Both the position numbers and the translations under genes were made by a program. A stretch of DNA of 64,000 bases from Patescibacteria group bacterium (GTDB lineage Bacteria > Patescibacteriota > Minisyncoccia > Phycocordibacterales > CSBR16-119). Of the stretch, positions 1-8,462 are shown piece after piece. Location of the stretch: the NCBI GenBank assembly GCA_052033715.1, contig JBPOJJ010000001.1:1331-65330 (forward strand), read 5' to 3'. Positions within the stretch are counted from its first letter, which is position 1; the number at the start of each line of letters is the position of its first letter. The notes beneath the pieces were generated by a model that was given only the letters and a program-made list of their open reading frames with translations, was not told where the DNA came from and did not search any database.

Positions 1-1076
1 GTTAGGTTTGGTTTCTTGCCAAAGAATTTCTCGACAGCGTCCTGCATGGCTGGCATGCGAGTCTGACCACCGACGAGAATAACTTCGTTGATATCAGCGA
101 CTTTGAATGGTGACGCTTCCATGGCGCGTTTGGTGATCATAAGAGCCTTGTCGATAAATTCCTGACAAATACTCTCGAGTTCGGCACGCTTCATCGTGCG
201 AACGAGGTGCATCGGTCCAGCTTCGCCCGATGTGATGAACGGGATGTTGATTTCAGTCTCTAGAGCTGTTGAAAGCTCGATTTTGGCCTTCTCAGCAGCA
301 TCATCAAGACGCTGTCGTGCCAGAGGGTCTTTGCGTAGATCGATGCCTTCTTGCTTCAGGAATCCTTCGGCGAGCCAGTTCATGATCGACTGGTCAATGT
401 CCTTGCCGCCCAAGTGAGCGTCGCCATCAGTAGATTTGACCTCGATTGTGTCTTCGGAAACTTCGAGAACGGAAATATCAAAGGTTCCGCCTCCGAAATC
501 GAACACGGCGATTTTCTCGTCTTTCTTTTTATTAAATCCGTAGGCCAAAGCTGCAGCCGTCGGTTCGTTGATGATGCGTTTAACATCGAGTCCCGCGATC
601 TTGCCTGCGTCCTTGGTTGCTTGACGTTGAGCGTCGTTGAAATACGCCGGCACAGTGATGACGGCTTCGGTTACGGTGATCCCGAGCTTCGCTTCGACAT
701 CGGCTTTGATCTTCTGGAGAATCATCGCAGAGATTTCTTCTGGGCGTTTCCAGTCGTCGCCGAACTTTACTTCGATGCCGCCGGTCGAGCCTTTGCGAGT
801 TTCAAATGGAATAGCTTTTATGTCTTTCTGGACCTCCGGTTCGTCAAAGTTGTGGCCGATGAAGCGCTTGATCTGGTAAATCGTGTTTTTCGGATTCGTA
901 ATCGACTGGCGCTTGGCCGTCACACCAACCATCGTGTCGCCGTTTTTCGCAAGCGCAACAATCGATGGCGTCGTGCGCATGCCTTCGGCGTTTTCAATAA
1001 TTTTCGGCTGGCCGCCTTCGATGACAGAAACTGCCGAGTTTGTTGTTCCTAAGTCGATTCCAATTATTTTTGACAT
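1..1076 (-). CDS. dnaK: Molecular chaperone DnaK (Hsp70), N-terminal ~358 aa; 3' end lies beyond the window start
   Basis: Reverse translation from ATG at 1076..1074 gives [41 protein letters not shown]..., the canonical Hsp70 N-terminus. No stop codon before the window edge. The plus-strand ORFs 196..417, 351..1052, 637..879 and 883..1092 are antisense artefacts. Confidence 0.9.
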   Translation of the reverse strand, partial: MSKIIGIDLGTTNSAVSVIEGGQPKIIENAEGMRTTPSIVALAKNGDTMVGVTAKRQSITNPKNTIYQIKRFIGHNFDEPEVQKDIKAIPFETRKGSTGGIEVKFGDDWKRPEEISAMILQKIKADVEAKLGITVTEAVITVPAYFNDAQRQATKDAGKIAGLDVKRIINEPTAAALAYGFNKKKDEKIAVFDFGGGTFDISVLEVSEDTIEVKSTDGDAHLGGKDIDQSIMNWLAEGFLKQEGIDLRKDPLARQRLDDAAEKAKIELSTALETEINIPFITSGEAGPMHLVRTMKRAELESICQEFIDKALMITKRAMEASPFKVADINEVILVGGQTRMPAMQDAVEKFFGKKPNL

Positions 1077-1094
1077 AAATGTAATTGATTAAAC

Positions 1095-1652
1095 TTATAA
1101 CTTTTTTATAAAAACTTTTACTTGAGCAGGACGGATGATCGTTTTCTTTGTCTTGTATCCTTTCTGAACTATTTCGGCGATCTGGTGATCCTGCGACTCG
1201 TCTTCTGTTTCTATTTCTTCGACTACATGATGAATTTCGGGATTGAATTTTTCTTTTGCATCTTTTATTTCCTCAACTCCGTTGTTCTCTAGGATTTTCA
1301 GAATCTGATTGTAAATATATTCCACACCTTTACGCCAATTCTCTGAGACGGATTCCCACGAAGCTTTGTTCTTCATCGCCATCTCGAAACTATCAAGCAC
1401 AGGGAGAAGTTCTTCGATAAATCCTTCGACGACGTAACCCTTTAGATCCTTGAGTTGTTCGCCGGAATTCTTCTGGAGGTTCGCATAGTCCGCGAGAGCC
1501 CTCTGCCAGCCATCGAGATTCTTCTGGGATTCATCTTTGGCGGTCTTGAGATCAGATTTTAATTTCTTAATCTTATCCCCAACCGAGAGTTCCCCGTCCT
1601 CATCAGTAAACTCTACTTCTGGTTCAAAATTATCATCATTTTTGTCTAACAT
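1095..1652 (-). CDS. grpE: Nucleotide exchange factor GrpE
   Basis: 185 aa with a coiled N-terminal half and the GrpE C-terminal motif (LLPVLDSFEMA). Sits immediately upstream of dnaK on the same strand. Confidence 0.85.
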   Translation of the reverse strand: MLDKNDDNFEPEVEFTDEDGELSVGDKIKKLKSDLKTAKDESQKNLDGWQRALADYANLQKNSGEQLKDLKGYVVEGFIEELLPVLDSFEMAMKNKASWESVSENWRKGVEYIYNQILKILENNGVEEIKDAKEKFNPEIHHVVEEIETEDESQDHQIAEIVQKGYKTKKTIIRPAQVKVFIKKL

Positions 1653-1658
1653 GGCTTT

Positions 1659-1686
1659 AGTATAGACTATTTTATAATTTTGACAA
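1659..1686 (-). promoter_or_regulatory. Putative sigma70-type promoter of grpE-dnaK (minus-strand TTGTCA-16 nt-TATACT); the -10 ends 6 nt before the grpE ATG, so the transcript is probably leaderless
   Basis: Minus-strand reading gives cTTGTCAaaattataaaatagtcTATACTaaagccATG. The -35 is the complement of 1681..1686 and the -10 the complement of 1659..1664. Confidence 0.4.
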
Positions 1687-1711
1687 GTTTTTCACGACCG
1701 TGGAAAACTTG
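1684..1711. promoter_or_regulatory. Inverted repeat (12-bp arms, 1 mismatch, 4-bp spacer) overlapping the grpE -35 box; candidate operator
   Basis: caagtttttcac (1684..1695), then gacc, then gtggaaaacttg (1700..1711). The reverse complement of the right arm is caagttttccac. Lies between divergent genes at 1744 (+) and grpE (-). Confidence 0.35.
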
Positions 1712-1743
1712 CTAGTGGGAGTATTATATGTTAGATTTTATTC

Positions 1744-2262
1744 ATGTCAAGAAAAGTTAAAATCCAGGAAGAAATCCTCGAGAAATTGGCCGGTAAAAAA
1801 GCTCTAAATCGCCAAAATTTGACCACAGACACGCCAAAAGACCGCTATGCAATTACTCGCAGTCTCAAGAACCTTTCCGAGGCAGGGCTCATCGAAGAAA
1901 TCGCCACGACTCAATCCTCGTTCCTCCGCCTAACCCCCGAAGGCCGACAGAAACTCCGCTCGATCAAACTCTCGAACCCTACTTCTCTGGTCGACACCCG
2001 CTGGGATGGTTTTTGGCGAATGGTGATTCTCGATATTCCAGAATCACGCAAAAGCGAGCGCGACTCGATCCGCTACATTTTAAAAAAAGCCGGATTTGTT
2101 TGTATGAAAAATTCTGTTTGGATTTCCCCGTTCCCTTTTGAGCATTTGTTCATGAATATAAAAACCGACATGAATCTCAATGACGAGATTATGATTATAG
2201 TCACACAGCATGTTGACCCTGTCACAGAAAAATCTCTAAAAGAAACTTTTAGAATGGAGTAA
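1744..2262 (+). CDS. Winged-helix transcriptional regulator with a Cas2/PaaX_C-like C-terminal domain (PaaX-family-like); candidate regulator of the divergent grpE-dnaK operon
   Basis: 172 aa. The N-terminus (EEILEKLAGKKALNRQNL...ITRSLKNLSEAGLIEE) is wHTH-like. The C-terminus (WDGFWRMVILDIPESRKSERDSIRYILKKAGFVCMKNSVWISPFP) resembles the ferredoxin-like Cas2/PaaX C-domain. No HrcA gene or CIRCE element is seen. Confidence 0.4.
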   Translation: MSRKVKIQEEILEKLAGKKALNRQNLTTDTPKDRYAITRSLKNLSEAGLIEEIATTQSSFLRLTPEGRQKLRSIKLSNPTSLVDTRWDGFWRMVILDIPESRKSERDSIRYILKKAGFVCMKNSVWISPFPFEHLFMNIKTDMNLNDEIMIIVTQHVDPVTEKSLKETFRME

Positions 2263-2492
2263 AAAGAACAAAGGGCATCCGGAAGACCGAACACCCTTTG
2301 CTCCCCCCTTTGGTCCCCAAAACCCTCGGACCAGACTGTCTAAAATCGTGAAAGGTCTTCGACCGATCAAAATCAAGGCCTAGACCCGGACGGTATCAAA
2401 GTGGGAACGAGAACATTCTTACAATTAATTATACTCTTATCAAAGACATTGAAAAACCCAAAATATCCTTTATGTGCATAAGTACCAAAACG

Positions 2493-2530
2493 AAAAGGGC
2501 GCCCTGGGAGGACGCCCTTTTCGTTTTCTT
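2493..2530. terminator. Bidirectional rho-independent terminator (A-run, GC hairpin, T-run)
   Basis: aaaaGGGCGccctgggaggaCGCCCttttcgtttt. Downstream of the 1744 gene (+) and of the 2542..2925 gene (-). Confidence 0.5.
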
Positions 2531-2541
2531 GTTTATGTGCC

Positions 2542-2925
2542 CTACTCAATTCTGGCAACCGCTTCATCCCACGAAAGCTTGCGCTTAGCGTTCACAGCTT
2601 CTGCGGTAAAGCTGGTGGTGTTGTCGCTGACCCTGGTCAGACGAACCTGGAACTGTTCAGTTGCTGGGCAAATGAACGCCATGTCCAGTACATTTGCACC
2701 CATGGTCGGGGTCTCGGACAGGTGTACATACTGGGACTCACCGTCACTGATGAACACCAGATAGTACTTCTTGTAGCCTGCGGGCGGTTGTTGGTCTAGG
2801 CCGATCACCCTGACCTCCTGCTTGGTCGAATTGATGGTAATGCCACCTAGGGTCTGTTGGGCTAAGACGTTGGTACCGAACGATAGTCCGATCGCAACAA
2901 AGAAAACGAGGAAGAGCTTTTTCAT
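2542..2925 (-). CDS. Secreted hypothetical protein (signal peptide), GC-elevated cassette
   Basis: 127 aa. N-terminus MKKLFLVFFVAIGLSFGTNVLAQQ is a Sec signal peptide. Local GC is clearly higher than in the flanking ribosomal genes. Confidence 0.5.
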   Translation of the reverse strand: MKKLFLVFFVAIGLSFGTNVLAQQTLGGITINSTKQEVRVIGLDQQPPAGYKKYYLVFISDGESQYVHLSETPTMGANVLDMAFICPATEQFQVRLTRVSDNTTSFTAEAVNAKRKLSWDEAVARIE

Positions 2926-2996
2926 TCCGTTGAAGGGTTTGGTTCAATTAAAATATAATCTAAAAAAAATTTATTGTCTATAGTTATCCCCAAAAA

Positions 2997-3030
2997 GCAA
3001 AAACTCCCGATTTCGGGAATTTTTGCTTTT
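2997..3030. terminator. Rho-independent terminator downstream of rpsI (bidirectional hairpin)
   Basis: GCAAAAACTCCCGatttCGGGAaTTTTTGC with flanking A and T runs. Confidence 0.5.
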
Positions 3031-3032
3031 TA

Positions 3033-3437
3033 TTATCGTTTTGACCACTGCTTTCTCTTTCGAGCGGCTTGTGCAAGACCAGCCTTTCGTCGTTCGCGTG
3101 AGCGAGGATCTCTTTTTAAGAATCCTGATTTTTTCAAAGGTGTTCGAAGAGTTTCATCAAATTCCACCAAGCATCGAGCGATTCCATGACGAACCGCTTC
3201 GGCTTGAGCATTCATGCCTCCACCATTAACTTTGGCTGAAACAGCAAATTTCTTATCGAGTTTATTTTTCTCAAAAGCTTCGGTGATAACAAACTGCAAA
3301 TCAGCGACCGGGAAATATTCAACCAAGGTCTTGTCGTTAATTATGTATGAAGATTTGGCCGCAGGCGTAAGTCGTATACGCGCAGTTGCAGTTTTGCGGC
3401 GGCCGACAGCTTCAAAATATTTTTCTTTAGTAGTCAT
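3033..3437 (-). CDS. rpsI: 30S ribosomal protein S9
   Basis: 134 aa. Carries the GGG...AQAEAVRHGIARCL core and the basic C-terminal tail ...RKRKQWSKR typical of S9. Confidence 0.9.
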   Translation of the reverse strand: MTTKEKYFEAVGRRKTATARIRLTPAAKSSYIINDKTLVEYFPVADLQFVITEAFEKNKLDKKFAVSAKVNGGGMNAQAEAVRHGIARCLVEFDETLRTPLKKSGFLKRDPRSRERRKAGLAQAARKRKQWSKR

Positions 3438-3443
3438 AAATTA

Positions 3444-3788
3444 TTATTCGGTAACTGTTAGATTTTTCATCATTTCTTTGGCAATGCGATTGGCCGGGAG
3501 CATCCCTACGATAGCCAGTCGAAAAGCCTCGCCATATCCTTTCTTTTCGATAACACGCTTTAGCTTTTCAAATTTCAAACCACCTGGGTGACCAGTATAG
3601 CTATCGTATTCTTTGGTTTCCATTTTCACGGTCGAAATATCCGCGAGCGAGGCATTGGTGATGAGAACTTTGTGTTGAGCAACAGTGTTACGTTCAAAAG
3701 CCGGAGTATTTTTACCCATCAAAATTGACGCGGCGTCAGCCGCTACTCGTCCTAACTTTTTGCCTTTTGCATCTATCGTATATTCCAT
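3444..3788 (-). CDS. rplM: 50S ribosomal protein L13
   Basis: 114 aa with an L13 pattern (GRVAADAASILMGK...FERNTVAQHKVLITNA). Canonical rplM-rpsI pair. Confidence 0.9.
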   Translation of the reverse strand: MEYTIDAKGKKLGRVAADAASILMGKNTPAFERNTVAQHKVLITNASLADISTVKMETKEYDSYTGHPGGLKFEKLKRVIEKKGYGEAFRLAIVGMLPANRIAKEMMKNLTVTE

Positions 3789-3792
3789 AAAA

Positions 3793-4149
3793 TTATTTTA
3801 CAAACTCGATTAAAGCGAGCTTCGCTCCGTCAGACTTTCGTGGTGGAAGTTTTAACACTCGAGTATACCCTCCGTTATTCTCTTTGAATTTAGGCGCGAT
3901 TTCTTCCATTAAGATTTTGGTTTCTTTGGCTTGGTTCATGAGACGAGACAAGATAATTCGTTTGGAAGCCAAGGTTCCGACTTTGGCACGAGTAACGAGC
4001 TTTTCAATAAACGGTCGAAGTTCCTTGGCCTTAGCCTCGGTAGTCTTGATTCGGCCTGCTCTAATAAGGTTAACAGCCAAGCCTTTTAGAAGGGCTCCCC
4101 TTTGAGCTCGATTTCGTCCGAATTTTCTGTTTTTATTGTGATGTCTCAT
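3793..4149 (-). CDS. rplQ: 50S ribosomal protein L17
   Basis: 118 aa. The N-terminus MRHHNKNRKFGRNRAQRGALLKGLAVNLI is typical L17. Follows rpoA. Confidence 0.9.
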   Translation of the reverse strand: MRHHNKNRKFGRNRAQRGALLKGLAVNLIRAGRIKTTEAKAKELRPFIEKLVTRAKVGTLASKRIILSRLMNQAKETKILMEEIAPKFKENNGGYTRVLKLPPRKSDGAKLALIEFVK

Positions 4150-4168
4150 ATTTTAAACTTGAGTGGTA

Positions 4169-5155
4169 TTACTTTAGCAGAATTCCAAAATTACTCAAGG
4201 TTCGCTTGATTTCCTGTAATCCCTTGTCGCCCATACCCTCGACAGCTAGTAGGTCCTCGCTAGTCTTCCTGGCCATGCCGCCAACTGTTCGGATCTTGGC
4301 ATTTGTCAGGGCATTTAGAGTTCGAGTCGAAAGATTGAGGTCTTCGATACGAGTTTTCATGACTTCTTTTTCTTCTTCGCCCTCGGCAAGTTCTTTTTCA
4401 CTTCGAACGTCTTTGATTTCCTGCTCGACGGCTTCGATAATTGATTCTGGCTTTTCATCCAAGCCCTTGAAGTCGTGGATTGACTGAAGCTGAAGGATCA
4501 TAATTTCGATTGATCGCTCAACGGCTTCGCGTGGAGAATAAGTTCCGTCAGTCTCTACAGACAGGCGTAGGCGATTGTAGTTTGTGGAGTCTCCGACACG
4601 CATGTTTTCAACTTCATACGATACTCGTCGAATTGGTGTGAAAATCGCGTCAACAGCAATGTGTCCGATAGACATTTTTTCTTTCTGGATGTCTTCTTTT
4701 GAAACGTAGCCCAAACCTTTTTGGACATAAATTTCCATATTGAGTTCAGTTTTCTTGTCTGTAATTTCGCAAATATATTGATCTGGTGTGAGGACCTCAA
4801 CCTGACCGGAGATCTCGATATCCTTGGCAGTAACAGCTCCTGCGCCTTTGTATTTCAAAGTAATCATTTGTGGCTCATCACCAATGACTTTAAATCGAAC
4901 TTTTTTCAAGTTCAAAATAATATTCAAAACATCTTCTTTGATGCCATCCATGACAGCAAACTCGTGATCGACGCCGTCAATCTTTAAAGATGTGATTGAT
5001 GCGCCCGGAAGAGACGACAAAATGATTCGTCGAAGAGAGTTACCGAGAGTGTGCCCGTAACCAGGGTAAAGATTGTCTATTTCATAAACACCCTTGTTTC
5101 CAACTTCCTCAACCAGTCGTGGTTTCGATGGCAATATAATATTTGATTCAACCAT
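4169..5155 (-). CDS. rpoA: DNA-directed RNA polymerase alpha subunit
   Basis: 328 aa. The alpha-NTD motif LGNSLRRIILSSLPGASITSLKIDGVDHEF is present, and the C-terminal domain is alpha-CTD-like. Confidence 0.9.
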   Translation of the reverse strand: MVESNIILPSKPRLVEEVGNKGVYEIDNLYPGYGHTLGNSLRRIILSSLPGASITSLKIDGVDHEFAVMDGIKEDVLNIILNLKKVRFKVIGDEPQMITLKYKGAGAVTAKDIEISGQVEVLTPDQYICEITDKKTELNMEIYVQKGLGYVSKEDIQKEKMSIGHIAVDAIFTPIRRVSYEVENMRVGDSTNYNRLRLSVETDGTYSPREAVERSIEIMILQLQSIHDFKGLDEKPESIIEAVEQEIKDVRSEKELAEGEEEKEVMKTRIEDLNLSTRTLNALTNAKIRTVGGMARKTSEDLLAVEGMGDKGLQEIKRTLSNFGILLK

Positions 5156-5188
5156 AGAATTTTTGTTAATAATAATTACTTTTAAATT

Positions 5189-5797
5189 TTAACGACTGTA
5201 GAATTCTAGAACGCGAGCAAAATCCAGGAGTGAGCCTTCGCGAGTCGGATTACTCTTCATAGTTCCTGTCATCGCACCTGGATCGAATGAAAGCCAGGCT
5301 GGATACATGTATTTGTCGAGCTTGTTGGTAAGGTCAGCAAATATGACGCTCTTCTTGCTCCCTTCACGAACCGAGATAACATCTCCTACTTTTAAACGAT
5401 ATGAAGGAACCGTAACTCGCTTGCCGTTGACTAGAAAATGTCCGTGAGAGACCATTTGTCTGGAAGCTTGACGAGAAGGGGCGAGACCCATACGATAGAC
5501 GACGTTATCAAGACGGATTTCCAAAAAGTGCTGCAGGAGTTCGCCGGCATTTCCACCCTTAGTTGAGATTGCCTCTTTGACGTAGTTTGCAAACTGGCGC
5601 TCAGAGACATTGTAGGTGTAACGAATTTTCTGTTTCTCGATCAATTGCTGGCCGTATTCAGAAAGTTGTTTTCGCTTCTTGCCTTTTTCGCCTTTGCCGC
5701 GGCGGGTTTCGGACGCAGTAAACTTCTGCGTTTGGGTTTTATCAAACACAGGTGATCCGAGACGTCTTGCAATTTTATATTTTGGTCCTATTTTCAT
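5189..5797 (-). CDS. rpsD: 30S ribosomal protein S4
   Basis: 202 aa. N-terminus MKIGPKYKIARRLGSPVFDKTQ, plus an S4 domain (RLDNVVYRMGLAPSRQASRQMVSHGHFLVNGKRV). Confidence 0.9.
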   Translation of the reverse strand: MKIGPKYKIARRLGSPVFDKTQTQKFTASETRRGKGEKGKKRKQLSEYGQQLIEKQKIRYTYNVSERQFANYVKEAISTKGGNAGELLQHFLEIRLDNVVYRMGLAPSRQASRQMVSHGHFLVNGKRVTVPSYRLKVGDVISVREGSKKSVIFADLTNKLDKYMYPAWLSFDPGAMTGTMKSNPTREGSLLDFARVLEFYSR

Positions 5798-5824
5798 AAC
5801 TCAATCATTTAATAATTTTACTTT

Positions 5825-6247
5825 TTATACTCGACGAGGTTTTTTAGGTTTCGGTCCGTTAAAAGGAACTGGTGTCTTGTCTTTGATCGAAAGGATTTCT
5901 ACTCCCCGGGACATAAATGATCTAATAGCTGATTCGCGACCAGTTCCAACACCTTTGACGATAACGTCAGCTTCCTTTAGACCAATGGCTTCAGCTTTTT
6001 CAGCGAGCAAATCCCCCACCTTGGCAGCAGCAAAAGGAGTTCCTTTTTTAGCACCCTTGAATCCGAGAGATCCGGACGAAGACCAGAAGATAACATTGCC
6101 TTTCTTGTCGGCCAAAGAAACTTTGGTGTTATTAAAAGTTGCTTCGACGAAGAGAATGCCTTCAGAGATTTTTCTCTTTGATCCTTTTGAAGCAGACTTT
6201 GCTTTGGATTCGGTTGCGCCAGTTTTTACAATTCGTTTCTTTCCCAT
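5825..6247 (-). CDS. rpsK: 30S ribosomal protein S11
   Basis: 140 aa with an S11 core (GILFVEATFNNTKVSLADKKGNVIFWSSSGSLGFKGAKKGTPFAAA). Confidence 0.9.
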   Translation of the reverse strand: MGKKRIVKTGATESKAKSASKGSKRKISEGILFVEATFNNTKVSLADKKGNVIFWSSSGSLGFKGAKKGTPFAAAKVGDLLAEKAEAIGLKEADVIVKGVGTGRESAIRSFMSRGVEILSIKDKTPVPFNGPKPKKPRRV

Positions 6248-6253
6248 ATTATT

Positions 6254-6634
6254 TTATGTCTTACTTACGGTTACACGTCCAGATGCCATCGTCTTTCGGA
6301 CATTTCCTCTAATGGTTCGAGAGTTGGTTTTAGTTCTCTGGCCGCGAGCTGGAAGGCGTTTAGTGTGACGAGATCCTCGATAAGAACCGATGTCCTTCAA
6401 GCGCTTGATATTGGCGGCGACTTCGCGCTTTAGGTTTCCTTCGATTGTATATTGTTCAACAATCTTTCTTATGTTGTTCTCCTGATCAGTGGTCAAATCT
6501 TTTGATTTTGTACCGTAGTCCAATTTAGCTTCATCTAAAATCTTGCGAGCGCGTGAGCGACCGACACCAAAAAGGACGGTCAAAGACATTTCCAAGCGCT
6601 CGTTATCTTTTATTGTTATACCAGAAATTCTCAT
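6254..6634 (-). CDS. rpsM: 30S ribosomal protein S13
   Basis: 126 aa with an S13 N-terminus (MRISGITIKDNERLEMSLTVLFGVGRSRARKIL) and a basic C-tail. Confidence 0.9.
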   Translation of the reverse strand: MRISGITIKDNERLEMSLTVLFGVGRSRARKILDEAKLDYGTKSKDLTTDQENNIRKIVEQYTIEGNLKREVAANIKRLKDIGSYRGSRHTKRLPARGQRTKTNSRTIRGNVRKTMASGRVTVSKT

Positions 6635-6641
6635 ATTTTAA

Positions 6642-6764
6642 TTAACCCTGTCTTGCCTTTCGACGAGGATTCTTCTTGTTTATTCGATAAATTTTACCCC
6701 TTCTTTTGACGAGCTGATCCCCCTGAGATAGAGAGCTTTTTTTAATTGACGCCTTTATTTTCAT
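6642..6764 (-). CDS. rpmJ: 50S ribosomal protein L36, cysteine-free (zinc-independent, YkgO-like) form
   Basis: Not in the ORF track because it is shorter than 60 aa. Reverse translation from ATG 6764..6762 gives [40 protein letters not shown] (40 aa). It occupies the canonical position between infA and rpsM. The zinc-ribbon Cys/His residues are absent. Confidence 0.7.
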   Translation of the reverse strand: MKIKASIKKSSLSQGDQLVKRRGKIYRINKKNPRRKARQG

Positions 6765-6875
6765 GATTCGTTTAAAAGACTTTTCAGCTTAAAATTTAAA
6801 ATTAAGGGAAGACCCTCAATATAGGCTTGTAATATTAACTCAAATCCAAAATTAACGCAAGAGGACAACCTTTCT

Positions 6876-7094
6876 TTATAATCTTCTGGAAATCCTGCCC
6901 TTTTCTTGCTGCTCGTCGGTGACCACCTCCACTCGATCCCCAATCATAATCTTGATTCTAAACTTTCGCATCTTGCCAGACAGATATGCCAAGATTATCT
7001 TGCCACCGTCTTCAGACTCGACCCGAAAAGTAGTGTTTGGAAGGGATTCCAATACTGTTCCGGTTACGATTTTCCCTTGATTATTTTCACTCAT
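6876..7094 (-). CDS. infA: Translation initiation factor IF-1
   Basis: 72 aa. S1-like fold, with MSENNQGKIVTGTVLESLPNTTFRVESEDGGKIILAYLSGKMRKFRI as a close IF-1 pattern. Confidence 0.9.
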   Translation of the reverse strand: MSENNQGKIVTGTVLESLPNTTFRVESEDGGKIILAYLSGKMRKFRIKIMIGDRVEVVTDEQQEKGRISRRL

Positions 7095-7138
7095 TTAGAA
7101 ACAAACAAATATTAGCACAAAAACTGCCCTGGTCAAGC

Positions 7139-8461
7139 TTATTCTTCAGTTACCTCGAGAGCATTGACTATTCTGATAGCTCGAGCTTTTTCCGGTAAAC
7201 GACTTTTCCAGAAGGGTTTTAGATCAAGTTCAGCCTTGTCGATGTTTTTGAAATGAATCATTTTTGATTCGAAATCTTTTCTTCGAATACCCACAAGAGC
7301 ATTAGTAAGACCTTCTTCATCGATATCCCAAACAACATTGATCTTGTCGCTGATCGTGATTTTGATTGATTCCATTGTAGCGGGATCGCCAATTGCTGTG
7401 GCTGGATCAAGTTCAATATTTAAATCACGAATATTTGAGACTCGAACTTTTTCACGATCTTCATCCGAGACAACTCCAGAGACCAAGGCCTTTGTAAGTT
7501 CTGATTCTTTAAAAATAACGGCATTCATGGTTGCGGCAATTTTGATTGTAGCAGTGGCACCATCGGTCGCAGTCTCAACAACCGGCTCATCAAAATCAAC
7601 CAAAGAAGACTTTTCATAAAAAACAAAACTTTCGGGCAACTGAGCGCGTGCTTTTTCGGAAAGAGACTTGATTAAATCTCCCTTCAAGATCTCAGTTTTG
7701 GATTTTAGTTCCTCGTCAGAAATGTTTGAGGACTGTCCCTTGAAACCGCCGGAGATTTCGGTTGTGGTTTTGGCATAAATTGTGTTGTATTTTGGGCCAC
7801 CCTTGAAGCCAAAGATTTTCAATTCGACATCTTTACCAACATTGTATGATTCTCCCGCCTCGTCGGCATAAACAGCCACGTCAACAGTCCCTGGTACAAG
7901 TTTACCGCCAGACATTTTCTGTCCAGGAACGGTTGTCGCTGTCTTGGTCTTATAAATCTTGCCCGAAGCATCGGTTAATCTGGTGTCAATCAAAAGTTTT
8001 TGTGGACTTGTGCTGTTGTTATTGAAAAGTCGAACTGTTCCTGTAGCTTTTTTCTCGACAAATGTCTCCCCGGTTGAAGCGACCTGAACAGAAGCAACGT
8101 CCTCAACCACCATCATCTGGAAAGTAAGTCCTGTTCGACTAACTTTTTCGGCAACCAGTGGACCAGTGAGTTCCACAGTTCCCTGTCTCGGAGTAACAGT
8201 AACTTCGGCGCCAGCAAAAACATACGTCAGAGCAAGGACCAAGATGATAATTGCAAAAGCAGCGACATACCAAATGCCACGGCCCGAACGATTTGATGGG
8301 TCTTTATAGTCTCGATAAGCAGACTCTTCTTCTCTTTCGATACGTTCCGGTTTCAATAGACCCATTTTCCTCATTCGAATTTCATGTTCGTGGTCAAAAG
8401 CCTCTCGACGTTTTCGTGTTCGAGACGATGGTTTGATGTCGTGTATGTAATTGCGATTCAT
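7139..8461 (-). CDS. Hypothetical membrane-anchored protein: basic cytoplasmic N-terminus, one TM helix, ~350-aa extracytoplasmic domain
   Basis: 440 aa. Residues ~64-85 (IWYVAAFAIIILVLALTYVFAGA) form the TM helix. The N-terminus is rich in R/K/E. No recognisable catalytic motif. Co-directional with, and 1 nt downstream of, the actin-like gene. Confidence 0.6.
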   Translation of the reverse strand: MNRNYIHDIKPSSRTRKRREAFDHEHEIRMRKMGLLKPERIEREEESAYRDYKDPSNRSGRGIWYVAAFAIIILVLALTYVFAGAEVTVTPRQGTVELTGPLVAEKVSRTGLTFQMMVVEDVASVQVASTGETFVEKKATGTVRLFNNNSTSPQKLLIDTRLTDASGKIYKTKTATTVPGQKMSGGKLVPGTVDVAVYADEAGESYNVGKDVELKIFGFKGGPKYNTIYAKTTTEISGGFKGQSSNISDEELKSKTEILKGDLIKSLSEKARAQLPESFVFYEKSSLVDFDEPVVETATDGATATIKIAATMNAVIFKESELTKALVSGVVSDEDREKVRVSNIRDLNIELDPATAIGDPATMESIKITISDKINVVWDIDEEGLTNALVGIRRKDFESKMIHFKNIDKAELDLKPFWKSRLPEKARAIRIVNALEVTEE

Positions 8462-8462
8462 A

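Noticed and set aside
196-1092. Plus-strand ORFs 196..417, 351..1052, 637..879, 883..1092 and minus-strand 380..586
   Set aside because: They lie antisense to, or out of frame with, the clearly identified dnaK coding sequence on the minus strand. Their composition is not protein-like.
6761-6943. ORF 6761..6943 (-), a 60-aa ORF overlapping the rpmJ-infA interval
   Set aside because: It overlaps the genuine rpmJ start region in another frame. It is low-complexity and lies in the intergenic promoter region of rpmJ.
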